From a virus (lineage: Duplodnaviria; Heunggongvirae; Uroviricota; Caudoviricetes): a stretch of 64,000 bases of DNA. The notes below the pieces were generated by a model. That model worked only from the letters and a program-made list of their open reading frames with translations. It did not search any database and had not been told where the DNA came from. The DNA lies in IMG/VR virus record IMGVR_UViG_3300018065_000012; one strand, written 5' to 3'. Of the stretch, positions 43,686 through 53,646 are shown piece after piece; positions within the stretch are counted from its first letter, which is position 1; each line of letters opens with the position of its first letter. The translations under genes were made by a program, and so were the position numbers.

Positions 43686-45638
43686 ATGGCAAAGAAAAAA
43701 GCATCGACAAAAAAGAAAGCAACGCGTAAACGGACGGCGAGTAAAACTAAAGACGCTGTGAGATTTGGTTTGCCTTCTCCCGGTCTTAGTAAAGGCCCAG
43801 TGGACAAGGCAAAAGCCAGAGCCGTTGCGAGAATGGAAAAGAAAGCCCGTGTTGCGAAAATTGCAACAAGCGCAATGGCTGGACGTGGACGCGAAGCCGG
43901 AATGATGATGGATACGACATCCATGTCAGGCGGCATTTGGGGCAGCTTGTCGTTGGATGCCTATCATACGAGTTACGCAAGCGGCAACACAATGTATGGT
44001 GGTGGAGTACGAGATATCCCAACGTATTTCATCATGATGAATCAGCAGAACGGCGGTGTACTGTATTGGCCCGTAAGCTTGCGCGAGAAGTATGAGTGGT
44101 ACAGATATTTTGCAAGAACAGATGCATACGTTGGCCGTGCTTTGGAATTGCTCTCCGACTTGCCGATGAGCAAGCTTTCTTTGACCGTTCCAAAGCTCAA
44201 AGACCCAAATTTGAGAGAAGAGATTCATTCTTTTTATACCTATATGTGCGAACGCATTAACTTGTTCCAAAGGCTTCAAGAAATCCTTTGGGAATACAAC
44301 ATGATTGGTAATGTGTTTGCGTTTCACGAATGGGATGAAAAACGCGACATGTGGAGCAAGATTGTTTTGCTTCCGCCAGAAGAAATCAATTGTTTCACAT
44401 ATCCATTCAGCGATAATGCGCGTATTGAATATCGTCCTGAAAAGCTAATGGAGATTATCAAGAAGTCCAGAGAAATGCCAGAGGCTCTTGAGGGCAACGA
44501 ATTCTTAAAACAGATTATGGAGCACATTCCTGAAGATGTAGTTGATATGGTCACCAATCAAGATTGTATCGTAATGGATAGCGACCCTTATGCTGGCGGA
44601 GAGGTCGGGTCCTTCACTAATCATTTTGCGCGACGCAAAAGTCCTTATATGGACTTGGGAGCATCGGTGCTGGAGCGTGTATTGGTTCCAATGCTCCAGA
44701 AAGAGAATTACCGCTATACGCAACTTGCTTTGGCAACGCGCAACATGACGCCGAAAAATAAGATCAGTGCGCCCAATTTGAATAATGACGAGATCAATGA
44801 ACTGCGCGAACAAATTGACTTGTCTTACATGGACCCCGATTATAGCGTTGTAACTAACTATGATTGGGAGTGGGAAATGATGGGGGCAGAATCGCGGCTG
44901 CTTGATTTGTCTGGCGAATATGAAAACATCGAGAATCAAGTGTTTGCTGGGCTGGGCGTAACGCGAGAACTTTTGACGGGCGAGGGAACTTACAGCGGCA
45001 ACCGGATTACAGTTGAAATTTTGAATACGGTTTTCATGCTTGTCCGCGAAACGCTTCAAGAGTACGTCGAGAAGCAATTGTTCAAACCTGTTGCCGATAA
45101 GAAGGGATGGTATTCAGAAGACAAAAATGGAATTCGGAAATATTGGTATCCGCGTTTGAGTTTCAATCGTCTCAGCATTCGGGACAATCAGGAAGTCTTT
45201 GAGAATCTGTTTCAGTTGTATCAAAAGGGTTCGTTGCCGATTGAGGTATTGTTTGAACTTTACAATTTGGACAGCGATACGATCAATGATCAGATTAAAC
45301 GGGAACTGTTTACCGTTAAAGACCCGACGTTCAATCGGACGATTGAGAACGTTAATGATGAAGTTGGACGTCAGCTTGCTGAGCGTTCTGACATTGTTGA
45401 AAAGGTTGGAAAGTATCTTGGACTCAAAGTTAAACCGCCGCAGGAAGAAGGCGCGGGTGGAATGGGTGGCGAAGCGTTTGGTGAAGAGTTTGGCGCTGGC
45501 GGAGAAGGTTCAGAAGAGGATCAAATCGTCGAAGAGACGGCTGACGCTGTTGCTGAAGAAATGCCAGCAGATTCAACCGAGGAAGAAGTCAAGGAAGTCG
45601 TTAGTGACCTTAGCTTAGCTGCGAGTGAGAAAAAATGA
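43686..45638 (+). CDS. portal protein
   Basis: 650-aa protein directly after terL; basic N-terminus, acidic C-tail. Confidence 0.6.
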   Translation: MAKKKASTKKKATRKRTASKTKDAVRFGLPSPGLSKGPVDKAKARAVARMEKKARVAKIATSAMAGRGREAGMMMDTTSMSGGIWGSLSLDAYHTSYASGNTMYGGGVRDIPTYFIMMNQQNGGVLYWPVSLREKYEWYRYFARTDAYVGRALELLSDLPMSKLSLTVPKLKDPNLREEIHSFYTYMCERINLFQRLQEILWEYNMIGNVFAFHEWDEKRDMWSKIVLLPPEEINCFTYPFSDNARIEYRPEKLMEIIKKSREMPEALEGNEFLKQIMEHIPEDVVDMVTNQDCIVMDSDPYAGGEVGSFTNHFARRKSPYMDLGASVLERVLVPMLQKENYRYTQLALATRNMTPKNKISAPNLNNDEINELREQIDLSYMDPDYSVVTNYDWEWEMMGAESRLLDLSGEYENIENQVFAGLGVTRELLTGEGTYSGNRITVEILNTVFMLVRETLQEYVEKQLFKPVADKKGWYSEDKNGIRKYWYPRLSFNRLSIRDNQEVFENLFQLYQKGSLPIEVLFELYNLDSDTINDQIKRELFTVKDPTFNRTIENVNDEVGRQLAERSDIVEKVGKYLGLKVKPPQEEGAGGMGGEAFGEEFGAGGEGSEEDQIVEETADAVAEEMPADSTEEEVKEVVSDLSLAASEKK

Positions 45639-47941
45639 ATGCTCTAATAAAGCTTGCAATGATTGAAACCAAAGCGTTCGATAAACAAGCTGTGATCGAA
45701 CAAGTCTTTGACAGATATGATATGAACAATCTTGTCATTGCGGCTGATGACGATACTATTGATTGGGATGCAAAAGTCACTGAAGAAAATCTTGATGAGT
45801 ATATTCAAAAGTTCAAAAAGCTTTTTGATTCAGGCCATCCTCAGAAGGATGAAACACTATCACCAGAGGAACAGAATCAAGAGGAAGTGGTTCAGGAATC
45901 CAAAGGTGAAAGCGTCAATGAAATTGATGAAATTAAGGCCGCAATTGAAGAGCTGAAATCAAAAGAAGACAAACAGCTTCGATTGATGGAAAACGTTGTT
46001 GATATGGTGATGACGCTTTTGCGGACAAAACCGCCGCGTAAGCGGAAGGAAAAACAAGCTTCAGCAAAAGCTATTGCTGATGAATATATTCGCATTGCAA
46101 AATCATTTGTTGCAGGCTGGAAGAAGACTAATACGAAAAACAAAGAAGGGTTGCCCGGCTGGAAAGACGAAAGCACGGGTGATGTGCGTTATCAAGAAAA
46201 TAGACCCGGAGAAATGCCAAAAGAAAAATCGCCAAAGAAAGAAGAACCAGAGGCTAAAAAACCAGAAGAGGAAAAAACAACGCCAAAGGCGTTGGACAAA
46301 CCTATTCCAAAATGGTTTGACAAGGACAACCCGCTCGATTCAAAGAACAAGGAGCAAATGAAGGGACGGGGTTTTACAGAAATCGCCGCAACCGATGAAC
46401 CAGAAACCGTAGTATCAGAAGATACAGTTGTTGTCAGTACAAAAACAGGCAAGCATTATCGTTTCGGAGATTTGCCAAAGTCGGTACAAGATCGCATGTC
46501 AAATCGCGCAAAGGAAGGCGACTTGATGCGTGCACCTTCTGCAAAAAAAGAAGCTCCTGCGGAAGAACCAAAGAAGGATAAAGAGGAAGTAAAGCAGTCG
46601 TTGCTGAACGTTTTGAAGTCAGTTCCAGAAGGCGAAGACAAAGAGAAAAACATACAAACGATAAAGGATGTTGCAGATAGACTTAACGTCGATTTGGAAA
46701 AGCCTATAGAAAAAGAACCAGAAAAGGAACAGGAAGCGGAGCTTGAACCTGAGAAGAAAGAAGTTACTCCAGAACCAAAAGAAGAGGTAAAGAAAGAAGA
46801 AGAGAAAAAGGTTGTTCCAGAAGAACCAAAATTGGAAGAGGAGAAAGAGGAAGTTGTCCCAGAAGAACCAAAGTTAGAAAAAGAAGAGGAAAAAGAACCT
46901 GAAGAAAAACCGTTGGACATAAAACAAATCGATAGAGAATTCAAAGCGCGACCAATGTCTGGATTCCTTTCGAGAATGTTTAAAGGAATTGGATATAGCG
47001 GAGATTGGGAGAAGAAAAAACGCTCAATGACCAAGAGTGATTTTGCTAAGCTTGATCAAGCGGAAACAGAAGCGGTTGATGAAGATGGAAAAGTTGATGC
47101 AAGGAAATTTTCTGAAAACGTAGCAAAAGCCCTTGGGCTTAAGAAAAAGTCGAAGGAAGCACCAAAGAAAACAATCGAAAAAGTAATGAAGAAACCTTCA
47201 CCTTCGCTAAGCAAACAGCACGAGAAGATGATGGATTCAATATCAAAGACAATGGGGAAATCTCCTGCTGAAATCGAAAAATTGCTCAAAGAAGAACTTA
47301 ATGAAATGGACATTAGCAGAACAAAGAAAAAGAGAATCTTGAGAGATATTGATTCTGTCAGGGAACTTTATCAAGGTCTGTTTAGCGATGCAACGGGCAA
47401 AGTAGCATCAGCCGCAATGGTGAGTCGTATCGCTTCTTATTTTCTTGGTCAGGACGCTGAACCAAAAGAAGAAAAGATCAGCCCAGAATTGGCGGAAAAA
47501 GTTACAAAGCGTGTGATGGAAAAACTTCAAGAAAAGAAAGGGCCGGAAGAAAAGACAGAAGCGCCAGAAGAAACTGAGGAAGAAGAAGTAGAAAAGGAAA
47601 AAGAGACTGAAGAGGAAACGCCACCATCAGAAGAACCAGCAGAAGGTGGAAGTGGCGAATTTGACGAAGACCCAGACTCTTTGGTTATTGCTTGTATCCG
47701 CGAAGCAACGCAGGGGATGCAATTGAAGCGCAAAGATAAAGACATGATGGATGATACGGGTGGCGGGTCGTACAAAAAAAGCGAACCAAAAGAAAAGCCT
47801 CCTCGCTATGATTTGAAGAAACCGTGGAGCAAGAAAAAGAAAAAGCCTTCGGATTTGGATGAAGACGTTGATAAAGACAAAGACTTGAAAGCGCAAGAAC
47901 TGGCAGAGAAAGTCGCATTGAGTTTCATGGGAGCAGAATGA
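45635..47941 (+). CDS. 768-aa Lys/Glu-rich low-complexity head-module protein with tandem repeats
   Basis: Translationally coupled to portal; repeats VVPEEPKLEEEKEE x2. Confidence 0.6.
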   Translation: MNALIKLAMIETKAFDKQAVIEQVFDRYDMNNLVIAADDDTIDWDAKVTEENLDEYIQKFKKLFDSGHPQKDETLSPEEQNQEEVVQESKGESVNEIDEIKAAIEELKSKEDKQLRLMENVVDMVMTLLRTKPPRKRKEKQASAKAIADEYIRIAKSFVAGWKKTNTKNKEGLPGWKDESTGDVRYQENRPGEMPKEKSPKKEEPEAKKPEEEKTTPKALDKPIPKWFDKDNPLDSKNKEQMKGRGFTEIAATDEPETVVSEDTVVVSTKTGKHYRFGDLPKSVQDRMSNRAKEGDLMRAPSAKKEAPAEEPKKDKEEVKQSLLNVLKSVPEGEDKEKNIQTIKDVADRLNVDLEKPIEKEPEKEQEAELEPEKKEVTPEPKEEVKKEEEKKVVPEEPKLEEEKEEVVPEEPKLEKEEEKEPEEKPLDIKQIDREFKARPMSGFLSRMFKGIGYSGDWEKKKRSMTKSDFAKLDQAETEAVDEDGKVDARKFSENVAKALGLKKKSKEAPKKTIEKVMKKPSPSLSKQHEKMMDSISKTMGKSPAEIEKLLKEELNEMDISRTKKKRILRDIDSVRELYQGLFSDATGKVASAAMVSRIASYFLGQDAEPKEEKISPELAEKVTKRVMEKLQEKKGPEEKTEAPEETEEEEVEKEKETEEETPPSEEPAEGGSGEFDEDPDSLVIACIREATQGMQLKRKDKDMMDDTGGGSYKKSEPKEKPPRYDLKKPWSKKKKKPSDLDEDVDKDKDLKAQELAEKVALSFMGAE
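46811..46897 (+). repeat. tandem ~43-nt coding repeat x2
   Basis: gttgttccagaagaaccaaaattggaagag... repeated. Confidence 0.6.
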
Positions 47942-48210
47942 TGGATATGAAAAGGATGGCAGATATGGCAGAAAGAATTGCTCAACCAACGGGTGGAGAA
48001 GATAACCCAGCCTTATCACAGATTGATGAGGCAATTGACAAGATGTTGGTTTCAATCAAAGCGATTGAAGAACAATTGCCCAATGTTGAAACGGCGAGTA
48101 AGGCAGAGGAAGACGCAAAGGCAAAGATCAAGGATTTGTTTGAAACTGCCATCAACCCTTATGTTGCCGATGTTTTGGAAGCGTTAGATGTCTTTGTTGG
48201 GGAAGAATAA
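47938..48210 (+). CDS. hypothetical acidic protein
   Basis: ATGA overlap. Confidence 0.5.
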   Translation: MMDMKRMADMAERIAQPTGGEDNPALSQIDEAIDKMLVSIKAIEEQLPNVETASKAEEDAKAKIKDLFETAINPYVADVLEALDVFVGEE

Positions 48211-48410
48211 TGAACATTGAGAGAATTGCATTTCTTGCTGTTCGAGATGTGCAAAGAAAAATACTTGATGGTTACAAGAGAGGCTGGGATACTAAAAAGC
48301 TAATGAAGTCTTTGCGGTATGAAGATGCAGACTTAGTTGGTGAAGTGTGGAGTGATTTGAAGAAAAAAGGCAAGTTGCCAAAGACGGCTAAATTATGTCT
48401 GATCCATTAA
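48210..48410 (+). CDS. hypothetical small protein
   Basis: TAATG overlap. Confidence 0.45.
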   Translation: MNIERIAFLAVRDVQRKILDGYKRGWDTKKLMKSLRYEDADLVGEVWSDLKKKGKLPKTAKLCLIH

Positions 48411-48742
48411 GCTTTCCGTATCCAACAATGGGAACCGTCCGCAGGGAACCGGGGCAAGGTTGCGGGTCGTGCGTCCACCGTAAGTATTGTCAGGCGTTTT
48501 ATTGGTTTTATAGAAACGCTCAGTTCCCAAGCAGGACTGGAAAAGCTGGAGAGGAACTCGACACGCATCTTGGAATCCAATGTAACTCGTGGTCCAATGA
48601 TCCTGCTCAAAGGATTACAACTTGGAATCAAGCAGACTTAGATTATAATGAGCATTGGGGAGAGACTGACCCGATTCTGATTGAACCGTTCAGTAGCGGT
48701 ATTGATGACCCTGTAACCGCCAGCGATAGGGATCAAAGCTAA
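48395..48742 (+). CDS. hypothetical protein
   Basis: 115-aa ORF. Confidence 0.45.
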   Translation: MSDPLSFPYPTMGTVRREPGQGCGSCVHRKYCQAFYWFYRNAQFPSRTGKAGEELDTHLGIQCNSWSNDPAQRITTWNQADLDYNEHWGETDPILIEPFSSGIDDPVTASDRDQS

Positions 48743-49131
48743 TGCCTCTTGATATGCGCCGGTTGTTAAACCGACGAGATTTTATTGAAAAGCAAAAGAC
48801 GAAGTCGAGAGTTCAACGACGCGGAAAAAGGCGTTTCCGCGAGTTGGTAGGTCTTCGTAGCATACGGCTGGTCATCCGCGAAAGCGCTGCTGGGCGCAAA
48901 TATATGATGATAACATACAAAAAAACAACAACAGGAAAGATCAAAAAGTACAAAGTTGCACCGTATTCGTTTCGCTACAAGCGACCAAAAAGTGGTGGGC
49001 ACCGAAAAATGCTGTTTGCATTTGATATCAAGGATCAACATATTAAAGGCTTTTATGTTAGGAACATACGTGGCGTTGAAAGAACAGACAGCTCTTTCCG
49101 ACCCAAATGGACGGTTGAGATTCGTTTGTAA
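48742..49131 (+). CDS. hypothetical basic protein
   Basis: TAATG overlap. Confidence 0.5.
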   Translation: MPLDMRRLLNRRDFIEKQKTKSRVQRRGKRRFRELVGLRSIRLVIRESAAGRKYMMITYKKTTTGKIKKYKVAPYSFRYKRPKSGGHRKMLFAFDIKDQHIKGFYVRNIRGVERTDSSFRPKWTVEIRL

Positions 49132-49134
49132 TTT

Positions 49135-49157
49135 TGCAATAATTCTTTTATATTTTT
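49135..49157 (+). promoter_or_regulatory. late-promoter-like element TGCAATAATTCTTTTATATTTTT
   Basis: Intergenic, upstream of 49201. Confidence 0.45.
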
Positions 49158-49200
49158 CAATTGATAGAAAGCATTGTACATATATTCGGGAGAGCGACAG

Positions 49201-50439
49201 ATGAGAACAAGACGCGGAGCAAGCTTTTATCGCAGTGAATTGGCCCGTATGTTGGCCCAATTCTATCCCGGTGCATTGGTTGGGCCATTGACCGTAAGCA
49301 GTCCGGGCGATTCTATTGCTGGAATCGTTAAGTCGGTAAACCCTGCTGAGAACAAAGTTTATGTTGCTTGGAACGGTGGCGCGGTCAAACAGCACGACCC
49401 TGATGAAATTGCTTTGCGCGTTTTCCCCGTTGATTTGGGAGCGGGCACAAAATCTGTCGACACAATGTCTGAAGCTGCGTCAGAGCCTTCTGCGGATGAT
49501 GCGCAAGTAGAAGCTAAGAAAAAACTTGCGTCAAGAAGGGGTAGATTCGCAGTTTCTTGGGTGAAGACAAAAACAAAGAACAAGGAGGGTCTTCCGGGTT
49601 GGAAAGACAAAGACACAGGCGAAGTGCGCTATCAGAAAGAACAGCCCGGCGAAGAAAAAGCTCCAAAAAAAGAAAAACCGAAAGTAGATGTCAAAAAGGT
49701 AAAGGAACAAGTAAAAGAACAGATTGGTGGCAAGTTTGATTCTAAAGAAGGCAGAAAATCAACTGCCAAGTCTGCGATGAAAGGAATGTTTGAAAAACAC
49801 GGGATAAGTAATCCTGAGTTCAAAGCGAGCACAACAGATATCTCAACGGTTATTCGTGGAAAGGGTAAAGCTGCGGATGGTTCAGATGTCGAGATTGAAC
49901 TTGAAGTCAATAGTGGGAAAAAGAAAAAAGGCGTTGTCGGATTTGCTTACATCAAAAAGCCAGATGGCTCATTTGCTGGTTCGGAGGAGGACATCTACAA
50001 AGCTGATTTGAGCAAAGAAGGCTTTGATGAAGTTGTCAAGAAGGTAACTGCTGATTTAGACAAGCACTTGAGGGGAAAGAAATCGAGCGTTGGCCGTCGA
50101 ATGGCCATGATCAAATTCATGGGCGACGAAGACACCCATGGAATCGATGAGCCTGTTTCCGGAGGTACTGATGTAATGCGCGTTTTAGCGCGTAAGCTCA
50201 GTGTTGAAGCCTTGGAGTACTCTCAGAACCAAAAAGGCCGCAGAATGGCCGTTTATCACCGTATGCGTGGCCGTATTTATCGCCGAACGAAATTTGAAAG
50301 AGAAAACGATACCTTGGTCTGCCCGCGTTGCCGACCAGATTTGGTTGAGATGGAAAAGCAGCCATTTGTACGTGGTATGGGGATTTGGGTTTGTCCAAAA
50401 TGTGGATGGAAAATTACGACTGATAAAGTTATTGATTAA
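49201..50439 (+). CDS. hypothetical head-module protein with C-terminal CxxC...CxxC zinc ribbon; shares a ~30-aa motif with 45635..47941
   Basis: gggagag SD; CPRCRPD...CPKCGWK. Confidence 0.6.
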   Translation: MRTRRGASFYRSELARMLAQFYPGALVGPLTVSSPGDSIAGIVKSVNPAENKVYVAWNGGAVKQHDPDEIALRVFPVDLGAGTKSVDTMSEAASEPSADDAQVEAKKKLASRRGRFAVSWVKTKTKNKEGLPGWKDKDTGEVRYQKEQPGEEKAPKKEKPKVDVKKVKEQVKEQIGGKFDSKEGRKSTAKSAMKGMFEKHGISNPEFKASTTDISTVIRGKGKAADGSDVEIELEVNSGKKKKGVVGFAYIKKPDGSFAGSEEDIYKADLSKEGFDEVVKKVTADLDKHLRGKKSSVGRRMAMIKFMGDEDTHGIDEPVSGGTDVMRVLARKLSVEALEYSQNQKGRRMAVYHRMRGRIYRRTKFERENDTLVCPRCRPDLVEMEKQPFVRGMGIWVCPKCGWKITTDKVID

Positions 50440-50468
50440 GGTTCGAACCTTTTAAGGAGGTATGTGAA

Positions 50469-50738
50469 ATGGCAGCGACTGATCAGCAAAAGAAGGCATA
50501 TCAAACGGTAATCGCTGGACGCGTCCGCGAGGACGAATTGCTTGCGTTCTATGGCGGGAACTACAGTGCGTTTGCGCCGGGCATTTTCAATGCCAACCGC
50601 ACGGGCGGCAGCGTCGTACAACCAGTGCTCTACAAAGAGCACCTCAAGACGGAATATGTCGGCAAAATTCGCAGCTCTACCGGAGATGCGATTGTTGAAG
50701 CCTATGATCAAGGCAGCAACAATAACGGCACTCGGTAA
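50469..50738 (+). CDS. hypothetical GC-rich small protein
   Basis: aaggagg SD; GC ~52%. Confidence 0.55.
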   Translation: MAATDQQKKAYQTVIAGRVREDELLAFYGGNYSAFAPGIFNANRTGGSVVQPVLYKEHLKTEYVGKIRSSTGDAIVEAYDQGSNNNGTR

Positions 50739-50813
50739 GGGAAAAGGACGTTTGATGTACGTCAAGCTTTGTGCGTGAAGCAAGGCTTGGCGTACGTCAG
50801 CGTGTAGGCAAAT

Positions 50814-51011
50814 ATGGCCAATCCATATTTGAATACGCCGCCAACGAAGCTAAAGAAGCTTGTTGAAAAAGAAAAGAATGCCAAGAAAAAGAAACAGATG
50901 CGGGATGCTCTGAACGCTTGGCGTCTTGTCGTTCCCGGTCCGTTTTCAATTGGACGCAGAAAACTTGCGAAAGAACTTTTGTCAATAGCCAACCTGTTGC
51001 TTGGGGAATAA
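50814..51011 (+). CDS. small basic protein ending in the family motif (RRKLAKELLSIANLLLGE)
   Basis: C-terminal motif. Confidence 0.5.
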   Translation: MANPYLNTPPTKLKKLVEKEKNAKKKKQMRDALNAWRLVVPGPFSIGRRKLAKELLSIANLLLGE

Positions 51012-51015
51012 GATC

Positions 51016-51231
51016 ATGGCCTATTCAAAAAAATATGCAGAAGGAAACGGCAACTTGGGTCGCGATGGAGAACTTGCATTCTTCAAAGAAAATACTTCTG
51101 CTTTGCCGACAGGATTGGTGACGCCACGCAGTATTGTTGGCCCACGAACTGTATCTTTAGAAATTGAAGAGCCGGGAGACATCATTACGCGGGTGAACCC
51201 TGCGAATCCACCCGAATTGAAGAAGGCGTAG
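51016..51231 (+). CDS. hypothetical small protein
   Basis: ORF 51001..51231 trimmed. Confidence 0.45.
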   Translation: MAYSKKYAEGNGNLGRDGELAFFKENTSALPTGLVTPRSIVGPRTVSLEIEEPGDIITRVNPANPPELKKA

Positions 51232-51233
51232 TC

Positions 51234-51431
51234 ATGATCAAAAAATTACAGGGCTTGAAAACATACATCTGTGTTTTTTTCATCATCGTTTCTGCGGTGT
51301 TGAATTACCTTGGAATCATCGATCCTGTAACGCATAAGACGCTGTTGACGATTCTTGGTGGTCTTGCTTTAGCGGCAATCAAGGCAGGTCATAATCGGAT
51401 TGAAAAAAGGGCGAGGGAGTTAAAAAAATGA
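51234..51431 (+). CDS. small membrane protein (two hydrophobic segments)
   Basis: YICVFFIIVSAVLNYLGII and LLTILGGLALAAI. Confidence 0.5.
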   Translation: MIKKLQGLKTYICVFFIIVSAVLNYLGIIDPVTHKTLLTILGGLALAAIKAGHNRIEKRARELKK

Positions 51432-51868
51432 AAGAAGATGTCAAACTCGCTTGCGAAATGTTAAAGCTTGCAAAAGAGCTTCTATCAGCAAAAAATAAAG
51501 CTGGTGATTTTCCAGCTGTGAGAAAAATTATCAACAATCTTAGGTCGGACAACGGCGAACCTGCTATTGCTACAAAAACAGTTATCAAAAAAAGATATTT
51601 ACCTTTATTCAAAAAAGCAGAGCAACCTGCTGCAAAATATAAAAACATGAACCTCGGAAAGTTTGCCAAAAAATTCAATATTGATTTTGGCGAAGACGTT
51701 GATGTTAATAGTAGCGTGTTTGAAGTTTTTGCTGCTGGCGATGATGTAATGCAAAAACAAATTCTCAAAGCCGATAAAAGCTTGAAACCAGTGAACACAA
51801 TTCTTAATGCAGCGTTCGAATATCCTGAGAGAGTTTTTGTACTTGAAAAAACAAGTGAAGATTGGTAA
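51428..51868 (+). CDS. ELLK-AK family protein (MKEDVKLACEMLKLAKELLSAKNKAGD)
   Basis: Family motif variant. Confidence 0.55.
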   Translation: MKEDVKLACEMLKLAKELLSAKNKAGDFPAVRKIINNLRSDNGEPAIATKTVIKKRYLPLFKKAEQPAAKYKNMNLGKFAKKFNIDFGEDVDVNSSVFEVFAAGDDVMQKQILKADKSLKPVNTILNAAFEYPERVFVLEKTSEDW

Positions 51869-51887
51869 TCAATAAGGAGACAAGATC

Positions 51888-52250
51888 ATGGCGGTAACGA
51901 CAGTAGACAATTGGGAATATGCACAATGGGTGTATATCATCGGACGCTCGTTGCGTTTCAATACGCCATCTGGAGCTGAGGAAACGGCTGCTCAAACGTT
52001 CGTGACCAATGAACTTGCCAAACGTACATGGTTGGTTCAGGAAAACGACAAGAAAAAGGCAGTTGCGGGTCAGAACAACAACAAAGAGTATCTTGGCGAG
52101 ATGGTCGCTCTCATCGGTAGCGACATGAAGAACAAGATTCCGCTGCTTGATAGTACAGAAAAAGGTTATTGCGACACGCTATTTGCAGCGACTGGCAACC
52201 GTCGTTATGGCGATAAAGGCAACATCGGTGGCTCAGACGTCAATCCGTAA
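51888..52250 (+). CDS. hypothetical protein
   Basis: aaggag SD. Confidence 0.55.
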   Translation: MAVTTVDNWEYAQWVYIIGRSLRFNTPSGAEETAAQTFVTNELAKRTWLVQENDKKKAVAGQNNNKEYLGEMVALIGSDMKNKIPLLDSTEKGYCDTLFAATGNRRYGDKGNIGGSDVNP

Positions 52251-52262
52251 AGGAGCAATATT

Positions 52263-53228
52263 GTGAGACGCCAAGCAAGACGGTTTGATATTACGTTGCC
52301 GATTGCTCAGGTTTTGAGTGATCCTCAAAAGCAATGGGACAAGTTAACGCGTGGGCGTTTGCGCGTTGCCACAAATAGGAAGCTGTCCGTGGATTGGGAT
52401 GAGTATTCACAGGACAGATATTTGTTTGTTCATTCCACCATTGTAAGCAGCGTCAAAGTTGCTTCAAACGGTTACTACATCGATCCGCCATGCGATGAAT
52501 TAATCAACAACAATGGGAATGGTTGGGCAACGCCTGTCTTGATGTCAACGTTTCGGACTTTCATTGGTAAGAACAATTACCTTGAGCATGTGCAGATTCC
52601 CGCGTTATCAAAAGGTAAAATATTAGACGCTATTTCACGCCCTGTCGTATTTGCCGGGCGCAACGGCGACAAGGCTGATGTTGTTTACATCGACATTCTG
52701 GTCGCTGTTGATCGTAAGCATACAGATGTTATTGAACGAATTGAAAACGGGGAACTCAATGCAATGTCGATGGGTTGTTTGGCCCACTGGGTTACATGCA
52801 GTAAATGTGGGAAACAGATCGATGACAACATGAGGAATTGTAAGCATCTTGATAACGAAATGATGACCTATTTCGTTGATGATAAAGGCGTCAGGCGCAT
52901 TGTCGCTGAACTTTGCGGGCGTATGGTTAAGAACAAAAAGACGGGTAAGCTTGAAGCTGATCCGAAGTCCGTTGAGTTTATTGAAGCCAGCTGGGTCGAA
53001 AAACCAGCATTCAAAGGCGCAGTGCTCAATCACTTCGTTTCTGATGTCGACAAGCGCATCGCGAAAGTATTGCAGTTTGACCAGCTTCAGGACGCAGTGG
53101 ATGATTTGTTCAAGTTGCGCGTTGCTGACCGTTCTGGCATGATGATCATTCGCTTGGCAAGGGAAGAATTGCTGCTGCGGAGGGAACGAAATATAGTAGA
53201 TCGGCTGGCACAGGGATTTTTGAACTGA
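52263..53228 (+). CDS. prohead protease candidate (HK97 gp4 / S78-like)
   Basis: YLFVHSTIV (His motif) and ELNAMSMGC (GxSxG-like Ser motif); GTG start with aggag SD. Confidence 0.4.
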   Translation: MRRQARRFDITLPIAQVLSDPQKQWDKLTRGRLRVATNRKLSVDWDEYSQDRYLFVHSTIVSSVKVASNGYYIDPPCDELINNNGNGWATPVLMSTFRTFIGKNNYLEHVQIPALSKGKILDAISRPVVFAGRNGDKADVVYIDILVAVDRKHTDVIERIENGELNAMSMGCLAHWVTCSKCGKQIDDNMRNCKHLDNEMMTYFVDDKGVRRIVAELCGRMVKNKKTGKLEADPKSVEFIEASWVEKPAFKGAVLNHFVSDVDKRIAKVLQFDQLQDAVDDLFKLRVADRSGMMIIRLAREELLLRRERNIVDRLAQGFLN

Positions 53229-53237
53229 GGAAAGCAA

Positions 53238-53639
53238 ATGAACGAAGAACGACTTGTTCGCAGTTTGATGAGACTTTCAAAGAAGCTATTCCGAGAGAAG
53301 AATCGGGTAGCGGGCATTCTTAAAATTTCTCCAGTATTGATGACCGCTGCTAAGAATTTGAAAAAGGTTTGTGGAAAATATTCAGGGCTTGGAACTGGCG
53401 ATACTTCATCCGATGAGGCCATTGTTGATTACATCGGAAAAGAATTGCCAATAAATAAAGACAATCCATTCAAGCTTCTCGACGATGATTATAAAGGCAA
53501 GTTCACTATTGCGATTGCAACAAAAGATATTATGAAAGCATTGAAGGCAATCAATAATATTTTGGTCAAGGCCGACCTTGAGACAAGAGTTGAAAAACAA
53601 ATTGCCGAAGAAGTTTACGAAGTAGTCCATTGGTCGTAA
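53238..53639 (+). CDS. family-like protein (MNEERLVRSLMRLSKKLFRE)
   Basis: Degenerate motif. Confidence 0.5.
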   Translation: MNEERLVRSLMRLSKKLFREKNRVAGILKISPVLMTAAKNLKKVCGKYSGLGTGDTSSDEAIVDYIGKELPINKDNPFKLLDDDYKGKFTIAIATKDIMKALKAINNILVKADLETRVEKQIAEEVYEVVHWS

Positions 53640-53646
53640 GGGAAAG

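Noticed and set aside
43181-43936. 251-aa minus-strand ORF; also 46456..47034 (-) Ser/Phe-rich ORF
   Set aside because: Antisense to GAA/AAG-rich Lys/Glu-coding regions. The low-complexity translation is typical of spurious frames.
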